From: Eledone cirrhosa
Lineage: Eukaryota
Direction of reading: 5' to 3'
DNA: 64,000 nucleotides
Assembly (NCBI GenBank): GCA_964016885.1
Contig: OZ024742.1
Location: forward strand, 334,428,001-334,492,000
Shown here: piece by piece, positions 43,154 through 56,806 of the stretch
Position numbering within the stretch: position 1 is the stretch's first letter
How the letters are laid out: each line of letters opens with the position of its first letter
Made by a program: the position numbers and the translations under genes
Notes under the pieces: generated by a model
What the model was told of the DNA's origin: nothing
The model's input: only the letters and a program-made list of their open reading frames with translations
The model's database searches: none

Positions 43154-43200
43154 TATACACATACACACACACATATACACACACATATATATATATATAT

Positions 43201-43241
<41 letters not shown>

Positions 43242-43458
43242 CATGCATATATACATACATACATATATATATACACACACACATACACACTTACATATAC
43301 ATATAATTATTGGGGGGGGGGATTAAATTTATTAGTGAGAAATAATAAATATATATAGTTTTCAAGGAACATAGAGTCATAACCTGCAGTTAAAGCATTA
43401 TATACGTTTACTTAATGGTATCAGTTTTAGGAAATGATAGTTGTAAGTAGGAAAGCAA

Positions 43459-43681
43459 AATTATGTAGTTCATCAGTAGTAGAATATTAATTATAGGTTA
43501 ACTAAATTAAAAATAGTTTATATATTAATTTCTAAAGTGTATATTAATTAGGTTTATAATATTTAAAGCAGAATTATGTAGTTCATCAGTAGTAGAATAT
43601 TAATTATAGGTTAACTAAATTAAAAATAGTTTATATATTAATTTCTAAAGTGTATATTAATTAGGTTTATAATATTTAAAG
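43459..43681. repeat. Tandem duplication (~113-bp period) spanning the PLE3 stop codon
   Basis: AATTATGTAGTTCATCAGTAG...TATTTAAAG occurs twice. Confidence 0.9.
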
Positions 43682-45223
43682 GTTTTTCTCAGTTTATGAT
43701 TACACGATATTATTAATTCCTGTCGCTTATTTAATAGGATATCCTTAGATTTCATTATTTCAAAAAGTTCTTGGGAACATAATCTACATTCATATCTACT
43801 ATTTTGATAAGGGGTGGCACTTTTGAGCACACTCCAGGTCAGGTCATAATCTATATTCCTCTTTCTATAACTATTAATTATTTCAGCTAGAGATGTTGTA
43901 TTAGCTAGTGCGGCATTTTTAAAACTATGTTTGTGGGTATTAAATCTTACCTTAAATTTGTTAGAGGTAGCTCCTATATATGAATAAATTGAGTCCTTAG
44001 TGTTAACTTTACATTTATATACTATGTTATTAACAAGGCAATTTCCTTTTAATGGACAGTTTGCCTTGTTTCTACAGTTACAATTGTTCGTGAATCCTGT
44101 ATCTGAGGAGATATTATGGTTAGTTTGATGTACTGGTGGTATACTCATGGTTTTTTTACATTAATATGCATTATAGGCACTTATATTTTGTTTTATGTTT
44201 TTGGTTGTTGAGTAGGAGAATTTAACCGTTGATCTATTTAAAATTTGATGGTATTTGTGGTTTGGCGGGAAGTTTTTCTCTAGGATATTAAAGAATTTTT
44301 TAGGTATATTATCCTTAATTTGGAAATTAAATGGAGCATTATACCAAGTAACTCGTCTATTACGGTTTCGATGTTGTTTATTGTTTTTATAGGGTGAATC
44401 CTGATGTTTATTAAGAGAATTATTGTTAATGACCTCACCACACACATTTCTAGTTAGATTTATTGATTTAGGTGTTTTAGCTTGTTTATTAGGAGTTTTA
44501 TTATTAACATTTATTAGAGTTGTAGGATGAGTAGTTTTTTGAGACTTACTATGCTGTATATTAGAAGAGTTAGAGAAATTTGGTTTTATGTTGGTGTTTT
44601 GGGGTATAGTGTGAGTGGCATTTAGGTGTGTATGTTTCATTTGGTGTTTGTTGGTAATATTAGGTTGTATGTTTGTAGTATTATTGGTAGAAGGTATATA
44701 TACTAATCTATTTTTGTGGCCACTTCTAGCTAGAGCTTCGTTATAAAAGGTCGCATTTTTATCAAATACATCTTGGTTAGACGAAAGGTTAGAAATTCTA
44801 AGTGATATATTATATGCAAGGTTTTTAAGGATAGATTTAGGGTGATTAGATTGTGAGTGTATGTAGTGTAAATTTTGGTTGGGTTTATGGTAAGGTTGGT
44901 AGATACCCGTAGATAAGTCTAATGTTATATCTAGGAAATTAACTACTTGTGTTTTCAAATGTAATATCTAGACTATAATAGTCTTTAAGGAAAGTTCTAA
45001 TAAGCTTTATATTTTTTTCTATCTCTGAGAGGCTAAGGTTATTGGAAAGAAGACAGTCGTCACGATATAAACCACCTTTAAGGTGGGGAAAGGAAGCATT
45101 TATGTTAAAAAGAAGAAAGAGGCCCACAAGATCAGTAATTTGGGCAGAATCGCTTGAGCCCATAGTAATATCGAATAGATTACTATATGTGTTTCTGGTC
45201 CAGTATTCATTCTGAAATTCCAA
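43657..45223 (-). pseudogene. PLE3 RT C-half plus GIY-YIG
   Basis: Three ORF pieces, separated by a frameshift near 44950 and an in-frame stop at 44161. Confidence 0.88.
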
Positions 45224-45262
45224 TAGTGTTAGTCTAGCATGTAAACTTTTGGTAGATTTATC

Positions 45263-45299
<37 letters not shown>

Positions 45300-45350
45300 G
45301 CATATGCATATATACATTATTAGAACATATTCATTGTTATATGTATATAT

Positions 45351-45535
45351 ATAATTGTTTCTACTTTTGGCACAAGGCCAGCAATTTCCCCTGTGCATTA
45401 CTGGTGCTTTATTTTATCTACCCCGTAAGGATGAAAGGCAAAGCTAACTTCGGCGGGATTTTAACTCAGAACATAAAGGGCCACAACTCTATGCTGCAAA
45501 AGTTGGTGTCTGACGCTCTACCGATACTGCCAAAC
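45351..45535 (-). mobile_element. SINE family S1
   Basis: Reverse complement of S1. Confidence 0.85.
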
Positions 45536-45692
45536 CAAATGAAAAGGTAATGTTGTCTCCGATCGAGGCATATATATATATTATAATGTGTGTATGAATG
45601 TGCGTGGAAGCGTCCTAAACCAAATAATAATAATAGTGGATCACTATATATAGATTGCATGTCATTCCGTAGTAACGTTATCCACTAAATCA

Positions 45693-45975
45693 CACGTGAA
45701 GTCGTGTGGATTTGTGGGTAGAGTGTTCGCTTCACGATCGCAAGGTCGTGATTTTGGTCTTTCACAGTACTCCATTGTATACTCCTAGACATCATGAATT
45801 GTGCCTGTAATACAATAATCCATCCATATGCTAAATATCCCTGAAAATTAATTCAACGGTGGATTTTTCGGTGGAGTCTTCGATCATATGCATATTAATT
45901 TCCGAAGCACACTGATCCGTTGATCACTTGATCGAACAACCGGACCACTCATCATCGAAACTGACCGCAGTTTAA
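45693..45975 (+). mobile_element. SINE family S2, degraded
   Basis: tRNA-like head and partial similarity to 5796-5990. Confidence 0.5.
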
Positions 45976-46305
45976 CATAGACAAAGGCTCGCCTGCATGT
46001 ATGAGAGTTGGTTCATGTAGGCCCACTTTCTTCAGTTATTCGAATGATAAAGTAAATCATCTGCCATGGAGTCAAAAGAAATTAATACACTACTTTTAAA
46101 ATATTAGTAAAAAGAAAACAGCATCAGTATAATAGACACATAGCTACAGCCAAAATGGCAACAAGATCACATTCCAACAACAACAACAATAACAATAACA
46201 AAGAGAACAAGACATATGTAACTTGTAAAACTTTCAATAAGTATATAAGTATATTTTCCGCAGATTAGAGAAATAGACACATATACACACACTTGTGTGT
46301 ATATA

Positions 46306-46373
<68 letters not shown>

Positions 46374-46383
46374 TGTATCCATA

Positions 46384-46414
<31 letters not shown>

Positions 46415-46429
46415 CTGTGCGTGTGTATG

Positions 46430-46462
<33 letters not shown>

Positions 46463-47139
46463 ACAAACACCGAAACTCCTATGTATATATATATATTCCT
46501 ATTACAGTCTTCATTCAATATTTACGAGTTCAATTCTCTACCAGAACAAACATTACCACTCGGAAATTCCATTGACAAATCATGTGTCACAGGTACAAGA
46601 ACATAACGTAATAAAAATTTAAGCAAATCGCAAATCCGACATTTTTAATTGCAACTAACCATCCTAACACATGCATTTCCCATTCTTTTCTATACTCTTT
46701 ATTTTTCTTTGTTTTGTTGTATTGTATTTCGATGAGGGAGGGAAATGTTTGTTATTGACGTATGTTTATATTTTTTTATTTTTTATTGTAACCAATAATA
46801 GACAGTAGATTGCTATTTATCTTCCCCTTGCTTGTCGTCACGTCTATCTGTGTTTGCTTAACTTTTCTTTTATCCATTCTCTCGTTCTTCCCTTCATACA
46901 GTCGTCTATTCATTCATTCAACCACCACACCGCGGCAAATGGGGAAGATGCAGTCGTCTGCCGATTATTTAAAAAGAAACTGAACAGAAACTGATCTAAT
47001 ATTTATGAACATTTAACAACCAACACATGTATTGGCTCTAACTTTAAAAACTAAGAGAAAAATGTAAAGAAAATATAGTGCGTCACTTTAGAAGCAGCCT
47101 TCCTTAATAGACAATCCAAGCCCCACCACACACACACAA

Positions 47140-48078
<939 letters not shown>

Positions 48079-48079
48079 G

Positions 48080-48625
48080 TCCTTTTAATTCCCTCCAGTG
48101 TTGGTCTATTCTTTCTCCTATGCTTCGGGTTGTCTCACCTATGTATGTTGTTGTAATGTTTCTGCAAGTACCCTCTGTATATCTTATGCTATACACTACA
48201 TTTCTAGTTTTACAGTTTATCTGGGGATTTACTTTACATATAACACATTTTTATTAGTACAGTGGGTTTTCTTAAAAGGGTATGTTTTGCTGATCAGGGA
48301 TTTTATGTTAGTTCCTGGCTTTTCTACCACTTTAATCTTTAAGTGGGTATATCTTAGCGCCTTTCTACATTGGTTTTGTCACTGTGGGGGGGGGGGGGGG
48401 GTAAAAGGACAAAAAGACGGTTCAGTACTATACGAACACGCCAGACAACATGACGGTAACATAGACAACATAGGAATTAAAATAATATCTAAACATAGAA
48501 ATGACCCAACAGGTTGGCAAATCAGAAAAGCAAGCGAAATAGAGCTTAGAAAGCCAAAGCTAAACAGTAAAAAATGAATGGAATAACAACAACACCCGAA
48601 CAAACAATACTAACTTAAGAGTATA

Positions 48626-48656
<31 letters not shown>

Positions 48657-48905
48657 ATATATACACAAGCACAATAACAACAAACACATATAAACACAAA
48701 CTAATAAATTTAGTTAGAATACAATAACCAAAACACAGTCACCCAAACGCGAACACCCACACCAAACGCTATACACACATGCAAACGCATGCGCAGAGAC
48801 CGGGACAAAAATAAATAAATAAATAAACAGAAAAAAAAGATGGCGTAGACACTACAATATATACAATACAACAGGGGAAACATGATAATACTACCACTGA
48901 TGACA
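48080..48905. mobile_element. PLE2-family 3' fragment with internal inversion
   Basis: 48080-48378 (minus) and 48379-48905 (plus) both match the PLE2 GIY-YIG/3' UTR; it stops at CCACTGATGA. Confidence 0.85.
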
Positions 48906-49240
48906 ACAGTACTTCCCTTGTCCGCTTCCTTAATTATAATGTCCGTATTGTTTTTTTAGTTCATGGATAATCTCCCATTCCCTTCGACTCGTGTTGGGTT
49001 TGGGTTTAGGTTGCGGTAGTTCATGGTATGGGAAAGTAGCTATGTGGTCACAAAATGTGTCCAGAACTCTGTTTCTACCTTTTGTTGGCTTGTAGCTGCT
49101 TTTATTCCGTACAATTGATTCGTCGTTATTCTCCTTGTCAAAGAATACCTCTGTGAGACGTAATTTTCTACAGAAGTGTGAGATACCGTCATTTATCTCA
49201 TTGGGGTTAGAGTATTGTCGTGTTGGTGTGAACTTAAGTA
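48900..49240 (-). mobile_element. N-terminal fragment of a fourth PLE
   Basis: KFTPT..F.RKLRL..FF...KSSYKP..RN..LD then, frameshifted, KEADKGSTVVI. Confidence 0.75.
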
Positions 49241-49429
49241 AAAAGAAATTCAAACACTCATATATGAAAAAACAACATGTGCCCCCCTCCCCCTTGTTTG
49301 AAGAACTTTGTAACGCGAACTGGCGCGAAATTTATTATAATTATTGACAACCAATCAAATAACTTCTCTAGAAACCTGTCATTTCGAGCCACTTTTTTCT
49401 ATATAAAACAAGTAACATTCAGAGACCAA

Positions 49430-49575
49430 CCAGATGTGAGAAAAACCACAGACCCTCCATCTCAACTCTACTTTTGAAAAGCACAAGAACTGCGAAACCG
49501 GTAAAGGAACCAAATAAATATATATAGTTTTTTTAAAATAAGACTCCAGTTGCATTTTCGATTTCATCCTTTTTT
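49430..49575 (+). repeat. Single arm of the 51850-52125 family
   Basis: AGATGTGAGAAAAACCAC...CTGCGAAACCGGTAAAGG. Confidence 0.8.
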
Positions 49576-49580
49576 CTATG

Positions 49581-49621
<41 letters not shown>

Positions 49622-49715
49622 TTTTTAGCATATGCTGGTTGTATACCAACACCTCAGTATGCAGATTGGAGCACTCGACGAGGTGCGCAGGTTGGTTTCG
49701 TTACTCCGGAGTAAT

Positions 49716-50258
49716 GTAAAATAAAATAAAATAAATAAGTCAAATGTTTAAAATTTGGCTTCGTTTATTACTGCTATATATATTTCGGTGACAGCCATCT
49801 TTGGCTGTGACCTCTACCACTTTATCATTTTTTTTAGCTGACTCCAACAACATCACCACTACCAACATAAGAATAGAGGTCAGGTGCACCTAATAATAAC
49901 AGGAACAACCACCAGAGATTGGCTTGCCTCAGAACAAATTTCTATAGACTTTTGACTAAGGAATGTTATAACAGTTGACCAATCAGAGGAGAAGAGGCCC
50001 TTTGATGCTGAAATTCGTTTGTTTAAATTCATATGATTCCAGTTCCTCAGTGAAATAAGAACCCAACCAGGAACTGGGCATATCAGAGTATTGACAATGT
50101 TAAACACCTCAACAACATGTGTACTCGTCTCAACCATACTAATTCGGACTGCCTGAAAAGGTCACAGCCAAAGATGGCTGTCACCGAAATATATATAGCA
50201 GTAATAAACGAAGCCAAATTTTAAACATTTGACTTATTTATTTTATTTTATTTTATTT
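49716..50258. mobile_element. Head-to-head HHR fold-back element
   Basis: ~98-bp inverted arms at 49716-49814 and 50159-50258. Confidence 0.88.
50148..50202 (+). ncRNA. Type I hammerhead (core variant CTGAAAA)
   Basis: ACTGC-CTGAAAA-GGTCACAGCCA aaga TGGCTGTCACC-GAAA-TATATA-TA-GCAGT. Confidence 0.75.
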
Positions 50259-50264
50259 TATATG

Positions 50265-50330
<66 letters not shown>

Positions 50331-50331
<1 letters not shown>

Positions 50332-50520
50332 CGAGGGAAGTGTGGTAAGGAACCGGGTGGGCCATAATGCACCAGAGTACTCGAAACTTTGAGTAGTAGA
50401 GTGGGTAATAGGAAAAGGTTCAGGACCCCGGCAGCAGAGCTCAAACCATTTTTATGGCTATTGAAATAGATGTCTAAGCGACTTGAGCTCTGCCGTCGGG
50501 GTCCTGAACTTTTTCCTATA
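50331..50520. repeat. Family B copy 2 (hairpin-terminated)
   Basis: Homologous to 14101-14245; inverted repeat ATAGGAAAAGGTTCAGGACCCCG..CAGAGCTCAA. Confidence 0.8.
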
Positions 50521-50671
50521 TATATATCGATATAGATATATAGATATATATTATAAGAACAGATTAAAGTTTAAGCAAAGAAAATTAATGCTTTCTCACT
50601 TAACGTGATCTTCTGAAACTAAAAAAAAATATATATATAATCCTTCGGATTTTAGTCTTCACATTTATTAT

Positions 50672-50728
<57 letters not shown>

Positions 50729-50839
50729 TAAAAGAAACTCAAACATTGTCTGATTTACTCGTTTATTTCCAATCCTTTAAAATTATAATGTTATTAGAAT
50801 GAAATAGTATGGTAGAATATTAAATGTTAAGTGTTAATT

Positions 50840-50876
50840 GAACAAGTACTTTCATGCATTCGCAATCTTCAGGTTC
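50840..50876 (-). ncRNA. Minimal type I hammerhead
   Basis: Mirror of 50945-50981. Confidence 0.85.
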
Positions 50877-50944
50877 ATATTCTGTGGTGACATTCAAGTT
50901 CGCAATTTTCGAAAATTGCAAACTTGAATGTCACCACAGAATAT

Positions 50945-50981
50945 GAACCTGAAGATTGCGAAAGCATGAAAGTACTTGTTC
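50945..50981 (+). ncRNA. Minimal type I hammerhead
   Basis: GAAC-CTGAAGA-T-TGC gaaa GCA-T-GAAA-GTAC-TT-GTTC. Confidence 0.88.
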
Positions 50982-51157
50982 AATTAACACTTAACATTTA
51001 ATATTCTACCATAGTATTAAATGTTCTACCATACTATTTCATTCTAATACCATTATCATTTTAAAGAATTGTAAATAAAACGAGTAAATCAGCCAAAGCT
51101 GGAATTCCTTTTATTAATATAATCTTCTATACACAATCATACACACCAGTGTATATT

Positions 51158-51204
<47 letters not shown>

Positions 51205-51206
51205 AT

Positions 51207-51753
51207 TAATGTATAGTATATTTCATAATATACCGTATGTTTAATTAAAAACATTATGAAGACCCTGCGCTATCATTTTAAAGTAGTGACTATCTCACTT
51301 CTTTTTTTCGGCAAATGAAGGGAGAGAAGCTGACAGATTCTGTTTCACACTGTTGAAACATACGGTATATTACCAAATATACTATACAAACCTTCATGTA
51401 TACATCGCTATTTCAGAGCACCAATCCTAATTTTTTTTATTTTTGCTAGGACCGGCAATCGCTCTGTATAATCAGTTCCTGATTACAACTGGAATTCTAT
51501 AAGAATCCAGCCTCTATAATTTTCGGGAGAGGTCGGCAAGTACGTTGCTACGAGGAACACCAACAGTGTGAAACAGAATCTGTCAGCTTCTCTCTCTTCC
51601 TTTGCCGAAAAAAGAAGTAAGTGACATAGTCACTACTTTAAAATGATAGTGCAAGGTCTTCAAAGTGTTTTTAATTAAACATACGGCATATTACCAAATA
51701 TACTATACATGCATTCATGTGTACATCCTTATTTCAGAGCACCAATCCTAATA
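51207..51753. mobile_element. Retrozyme-like ~321-nt terminally redundant monomer with an inverted partial copy
   Basis: Direct repeat 51356-51431 / 51677-51753; inverted arm 51207-51355; decayed HHR GCT-ACGAGGA-ACAC caaca GTGT-GAAA-CAG aat CTG-TC-AGC at 51547-51587. Confidence 0.82.
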
Positions 51754-51849
51754 TATATATATATATATATATATATAATTGGAAAGTGAGGTTTTTTTAC
51801 AAAATGAGAAAAAAACCGGTGTCCTACACGAGTGAAAGTATAAGGGAAA

Positions 51850-52122
51850 GAGATGAAATCGAAAATGCAACTAGAGTCTTTTTTTCTTAAATATATATAT
51901 ATTTGGTTCCTTTACCGGTTTCGCAGTTCTTGTGCTTTTCAAAGGTAGAATTGAGATGGAGGGTTTGTAGTTTATCTCACATCAGATGTGAGAAAAACCA
52001 CAAACCCTCCATCTCAATTCTACTTTTGAAAAGCAGAAGAACTGCGAAACCGGTAAAGGAACCAAATAAACATATATATATTTTTAAAAGACTCCAGTTG
52101 CATTTACGATTTCATCCTTTTT
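51850..52122. mobile_element. Head-to-head fold-back with degenerate HHRs
   Basis: Centre CTCACATC-A-GATGTGAG near 51984; CTT-TTGAAAA-GCAG aagaa CTGC-GAAA-CCGG-TA-AAG at 52023-52060. Confidence 0.85.
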
Positions 52123-52194
<72 letters not shown>

Positions 52195-52195
<1 letters not shown>

Positions 52196-52485
52196 CACTG
52201 AGGATGAAAAACTGAGAGCTGTATGGGAGCCTCCCAAAAGTCAGCTCAAAAGTGATACAGAGGAGACTGAGGTTAGCTGGACATCCTCACCGACATCCAG
52301 AGTTGACATTGCACTCAGTGCTCCTGTGGGAGCCCTTACTGGAGGAGGAAGACCAAGGTTAACGTATGTTGATGCCCTAAGGACAGACTCTGGTCTGTTG
52401 GAGACGCAGGACATGGTAGCGATAATGAGGGACAGAGACCGCTGGAGAGAACTCGTCTTTGGATCTCGGGAATTTTACCCGCCCT

Positions 52486-52487
<2 letters not shown>
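52195..52487 (+). mobile_element. RTE/RTE-X LINE 3' fragment
   Basis: GRPRLTYVDALRTDSGL..QDMVAIMRDRDRWRELV. Confidence 0.7.
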
Positions 52488-52544
<57 letters not shown>

Positions 52545-52881
52545 AACATACATACACACGCACCAAAATACACACGTGGGAGTATCGGCGGGAAAGCTTC
52601 ACTTGCTTTATAGTTAGATACTACAGTGTTATCTATCTGTCTCTCACACATTATCTCTCTCTCTCTCTCCCTCTCTCTCTTGCTCTCTCTCACTGTATTT
52701 CTCTCTCAATATTTCATATAGGAAATAGTTTCAGCTTACGAAAATTTCGGGTGATCAACGGCCTTTAGGAAGGAATTATGTCCGGGAACTGAGGTTCCAT
52801 TGTGTATATATACCCATTTTAAATTGATTGCCTCCGTTCTATATTATGGGTATGTCACATTTTTATACATCTAATATTGTA

Positions 52882-52937
52882 TTCTGTCTGATGAGGGCAT
52901 ACTATAACTTTGTATCCCTGAAATATATATAACGAAA
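52882..52937 (+). ncRNA. Type I hammerhead ribozyme
   Basis: TTCTGT-CTGATGA-GGG(C)ATAC tataacttt GTATCCC-T-GAAA-TATATA-TA-ACGAA. Confidence 0.8.
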
Positions 52938-54027
52938 TAAACTATGATGCTTTAGTTATATACTTTCCATTTTTTACTATTATCATTATTATATGTATAT
53001 ATATCTATATATATATATCTATATATATCTATATCTATCTATATATATATATATATATATATATCAAAAGTCTCACGCTAACTTGTATTAATGATAAATA
53101 TAATAATATTCGATCTGTCTGAATTGCAAAGCAATCAATATGTTAGCTTAACATGTACTTGATATGTAAATATTTAGAGAACCTTGTCAGGAGACTTATG
53201 AATATTAAAATTAAAATATAAAATACATTATTAAAGCATAATTTCTCACCCCAGCACCCTTGTACGGCACCCCTCTGCACAACGGCAAACATTTTTATAA
53301 ACAACATGTATTATTGGTATAGTCCTATGTTAGCTTTAAACCATTAAATTGTTCATTACACTTTATTATATTTATTATTTGTATAATATTGGTATATATT
53401 AACACTGTAATATATCCATTATCACAAACTGGAAGGACTATTATGTATTGATGTGCCGTGGGTGCATCTTATATCAATAACAGAAATTTCTAAACCAAAG
53501 CTACAACATACTGTATATTCCCTTGGTTCTATCTCCACTTGTGAGATTCATGGAATCATTTTAGTATATTTTATCGTGTATTTTTTTCCAAGGTCTATTG
53601 TCTAGCTTCAATAGTACGCTGCTTCGTATCATGACACAGGCATTTTTATATATAAAGATTAATGATTTTTATTTGTCAGCAATAGGAACCGCTGTATGTG
53701 TAAAGTAGTAACGCAGAGGTAGTGCTGTCTGTTTTCAAAGAACGATATAGATGCTTTACAGAAATAGCTATGACGTTGATGGTATAGTTCACTGATATAG
53801 AGGTACGTCAGATATGGTACGGTTCACAGGTAAATAGATACTTTAGCAAAACTATAGTTCCCTACAAAACACGTACCACGTTGAAGGTATAGTTCACTAG
53901 TAAATACTTCACATGTATTTTCAGTAGCGAGGTGGTCACCAACCAATATTGTTATAAGCATTGTATTAGTGCTATTTTAAATAATTACATTATCCATTAC
54001 ATTTTACTATAATTATCATTAGTATAA

Positions 54028-54217
54028 TATTGTTTTTACTATTGGCACACGGCCAGCAATTATCCCAATATGTTACTGGTACCTTATTTTATCCACCCCG
54101 TAAGGATGAAAGACAAAATTAACCTCGGCGGGATTTGAACTCAGATCTTAAGGGCCGTAACTCTATGCTGCAAAGCATGGTATCCGACCCTCTACCGATA
54201 CCACCAATCCACCGCCC
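54028..54217 (-). mobile_element. SINE family S1
   Basis: Reverse complement of S1. Confidence 0.85.
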
Positions 54218-54869
54218 TATTTTCATTAGTATAATATTGACGACTATTAATAATACTGAAGACTAGACTGTATCGTTTAGGCTTAAATCTAATCGCTATT
54301 ATGTACTGTGGTGCAGTGTGGTTTGTGTGTTACGTTGGATACATAATACGTAGAAATGTAAGTCTAAAATACAATATTCTGTATACTCAATTTTTTATAG
54401 TTTCAGCTGAGAGCTTCATAGTGTCATTTTAGTAAATGTCAGGCCAGTATTTTCTCTTCCTTTTCTATGGAGTGGTGTGTTTGTTAATAAGATGTTTGTG
54501 TCTGTCTACTTATAAATGTTGTGTCTATCTTCATGTATGTATGTTTGTGCACGTGTATGCATATCTATTTGTGTGGTATTTGTGTATGTAAATATACATA
54601 AATATAAGTAAATGTGTGTGTGTATGTGAATGTTTCGACCAATAAAATATTACAATATAAATCTTATAATTTCAATATTGCAATTAATGTAATTATTCCT
54701 TTAGTTATTTGTGTACATTCATCGTCTTGGATTGAATATCATTCGCGTTAGACTCATTTACCATTTTTTGTCATATTTCTATTAAACGAAATTGTCTACT
54801 CTTATCAAATCATTTTGTAAGTAATCAAGAATTTGGAGGAATTTAGTAATGTATCTCGTAACTCTCTTA

Positions 54870-55040
54870 TTCAGAGTTACGGCACTTTACGTTCTGTGTT
54901 CATATCCTGCCGAAATTGGCTTTACGATTCATCCTTGTGGGGTCAGTAAAATAAAGTACCAGAAATGCACTGGTGTCGATTTAATCGACTTTCCCCACAC
55001 CTCAAAATCGCTGACCTTGTGCCTAAATCAGAAACCATTA
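54870..55040 (+). mobile_element. SINE family S1-related, degraded
   Basis: TTCATCCTTGTGGGGTCAGTAAAATAAAGTACCAG. Confidence 0.65.
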
Positions 55041-55494
55041 ATACGATGAATTTAACTTAACAAGTTTCTTTACATAAACCTATGCTGGAAGGTTTTTAGA
55101 TATCAGCACTTTAAAAGAAACAGGTTTGTATCATGTACCCAGGGATATATTGGTATCTAAAGGGTTAAAATTCATTATAACAATGTTATATAACCAATAT
55201 ACAATAGTAGAACTAAAGGAATTATAGTTAATGTGGAGGAAACTCTTGATGACAGTCCATTGATTTGTATCCTGACACCTGCATTATGCATTGTTCATTG
55301 ACAGGTTACTTACAAGGGTATTCATTCAATGTGTAAATAGGTACCACCGTATAGTTTTCTGGTAAATAGGTAAAAGGTATATTTCACCTACATACGTAAA
55401 TAGTGAATACTGCCATCATCATGTGAGGTTTAGTTATGTTGAATTGATGTTTTCATTTTTAGCGGGCTGGCCAGAATGAAATAATGATTTCTAA

Positions 55495-55625
55495 TTAAAA
55501 CACAACGCTAACAATTTATGGGGAGAGGGAAGTCAATTACTTGACTGGTACCTTATTTTCTCGATCAGAGAAGGATGAAAGGCAAAATTGACTTGGATGT
55601 GTTTTGAACTCAGATGGTAAAAATC
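55495..55625 (-). mobile_element. SINE family S1-related, degraded
   Basis: CTGGTACCTTATTT...AGGATGAAAGGCAAA...TTTGAACTCAG. Confidence 0.65.
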
Positions 55626-55723
55626 CGTAATTAATGGTTTCCTGGGTGTAATGTATTAAGTAATTCTAACAAGTTCTCCAAGTACAATCACTAACATTTT
55701 AAAAGCGTCAAATTAAAATTGTC

Positions 55724-55795
55724 AGTAGAGTGGCGCAGTGGAAGCGTGCTGGGCCCATAACCCAGAGGGGCGTAGATCGAAACTACGCTCTGCTA
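55724..55795 (+). tRNA. tRNA-iMet-CAT: Initiator tRNA-Met (CAT), near intact
   Basis: AGTAGAGTGGCGCAGTGGAAGCGTGCTGGGCCCATAACCCAGAGGGGCGTAGATCGAAACTACGCTCTGCTA; A1:U72, three G:C anticodon-stem pairs, ATCG T-loop. Confidence 0.85.
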
Positions 55796-56225
55796 TAAGA
55801 ATTGTTGTATTATTTTTTTTATATATATATTCCCACCTGTATCTCGGAGTAACTTCTGTAAATAAACATTTTATTCTATCTCACGTAATGCGTGGTCTCC
55901 TCCTTTTATATAGTTATCATATTTCAACATAGAGAGATATGTAATGAATTATTCAATTCATGCAATCTAAACAAACACAGTTGATAATCAGCCATTAACT
56001 GTATTGTTCAACTCCCATAATGCCGTAGTTTGTAGATCAACTCTTTGCTCAACTGAAACGGTTTTTTTTTCTTATCTGGTATCAGTCACCAACACAGTGA
56101 ATAAACACAATTACATACTATGTACGAAATAAGAAATATATATATTTTATAATTCGTGCTGATGAAATAATATATTATTATTTTATTTCCATTAAGTATT
56201 TAAAGGTCTCTCTTTATTATTTACA

Positions 56226-56806
56226 GGGACGGTGGATTGGCAGTATCAGTAGAGAGTCGGACGCCATGCTTTCCAGCATAGTTACGTCCCTTTACGGTCT
56301 GAGTTCAAATCCCGCCGAGGTTAACTTTGCCTTTCATCCTTACGGGTCGATAAAATAAAGTAGCAGTAATGTACTGGGTAATTGCTGGTCTTGTGCCAAA
56401 AGTAGAAACAATTATTTACAGAAATATAAGGCTGTGGATAAGAAGTATTATCTAAAGCGCTAGATTGGCTTGGCAGTATCGGTAGAGCGTCAGGCACAAT
56501 GCAGAGTTATGGCCCTTTGTGTTCTGAGTTCAAATCCCGCCAAGGTTAACTTTGCCTTTCATCCTTATGGGGTCGATGAAATAAAGTCCAGTAATGCTGG
56601 TAATGCTGACCTTGTGCCAAAAGTAGAAACAATTATTTAAATGTGGATTGGCAGTATCGATAGAGGGTCGGGCGCTATGCCTTGCAGCAAAGAGTTACGG
56701 CCCTTTACGATCTGATTCTTTGCCTTTCATCCTTACGGGGTCGATAAAATAAAGTACCAGTAATGCACTTGAGTGCTGTCCCTGTGCCAAAAGTAGAAAC
56801 AATTAT
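56226..56806 (+). mobile_element. Three tandem S1 SINEs
   Basis: Copies at about 56226-56415, 56462-56636 and 56642-56806. Confidence 0.85.

Larger units (their letters stand above)
42270..45266 (-). mobile_element. Penelope-like element 3, 5'-truncated
   Basis: FDITMGSSDSAQITDLVGL, GLYRDD, NFLDITLDL, PYHKPN, WYNAPF, CNCR..NCPLKGNC, NIVYKC..YIGAT, CRLC; long 3' UTR ending in an HHR; flanked by TA tracts. Confidence 0.92.
50722..51120. mobile_element. Spacer-less ~400-bp palindrome carrying two HHRs
   Basis: Symmetry centre TTTTC|GAAAA at 50910/50911. Confidence 0.9.
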
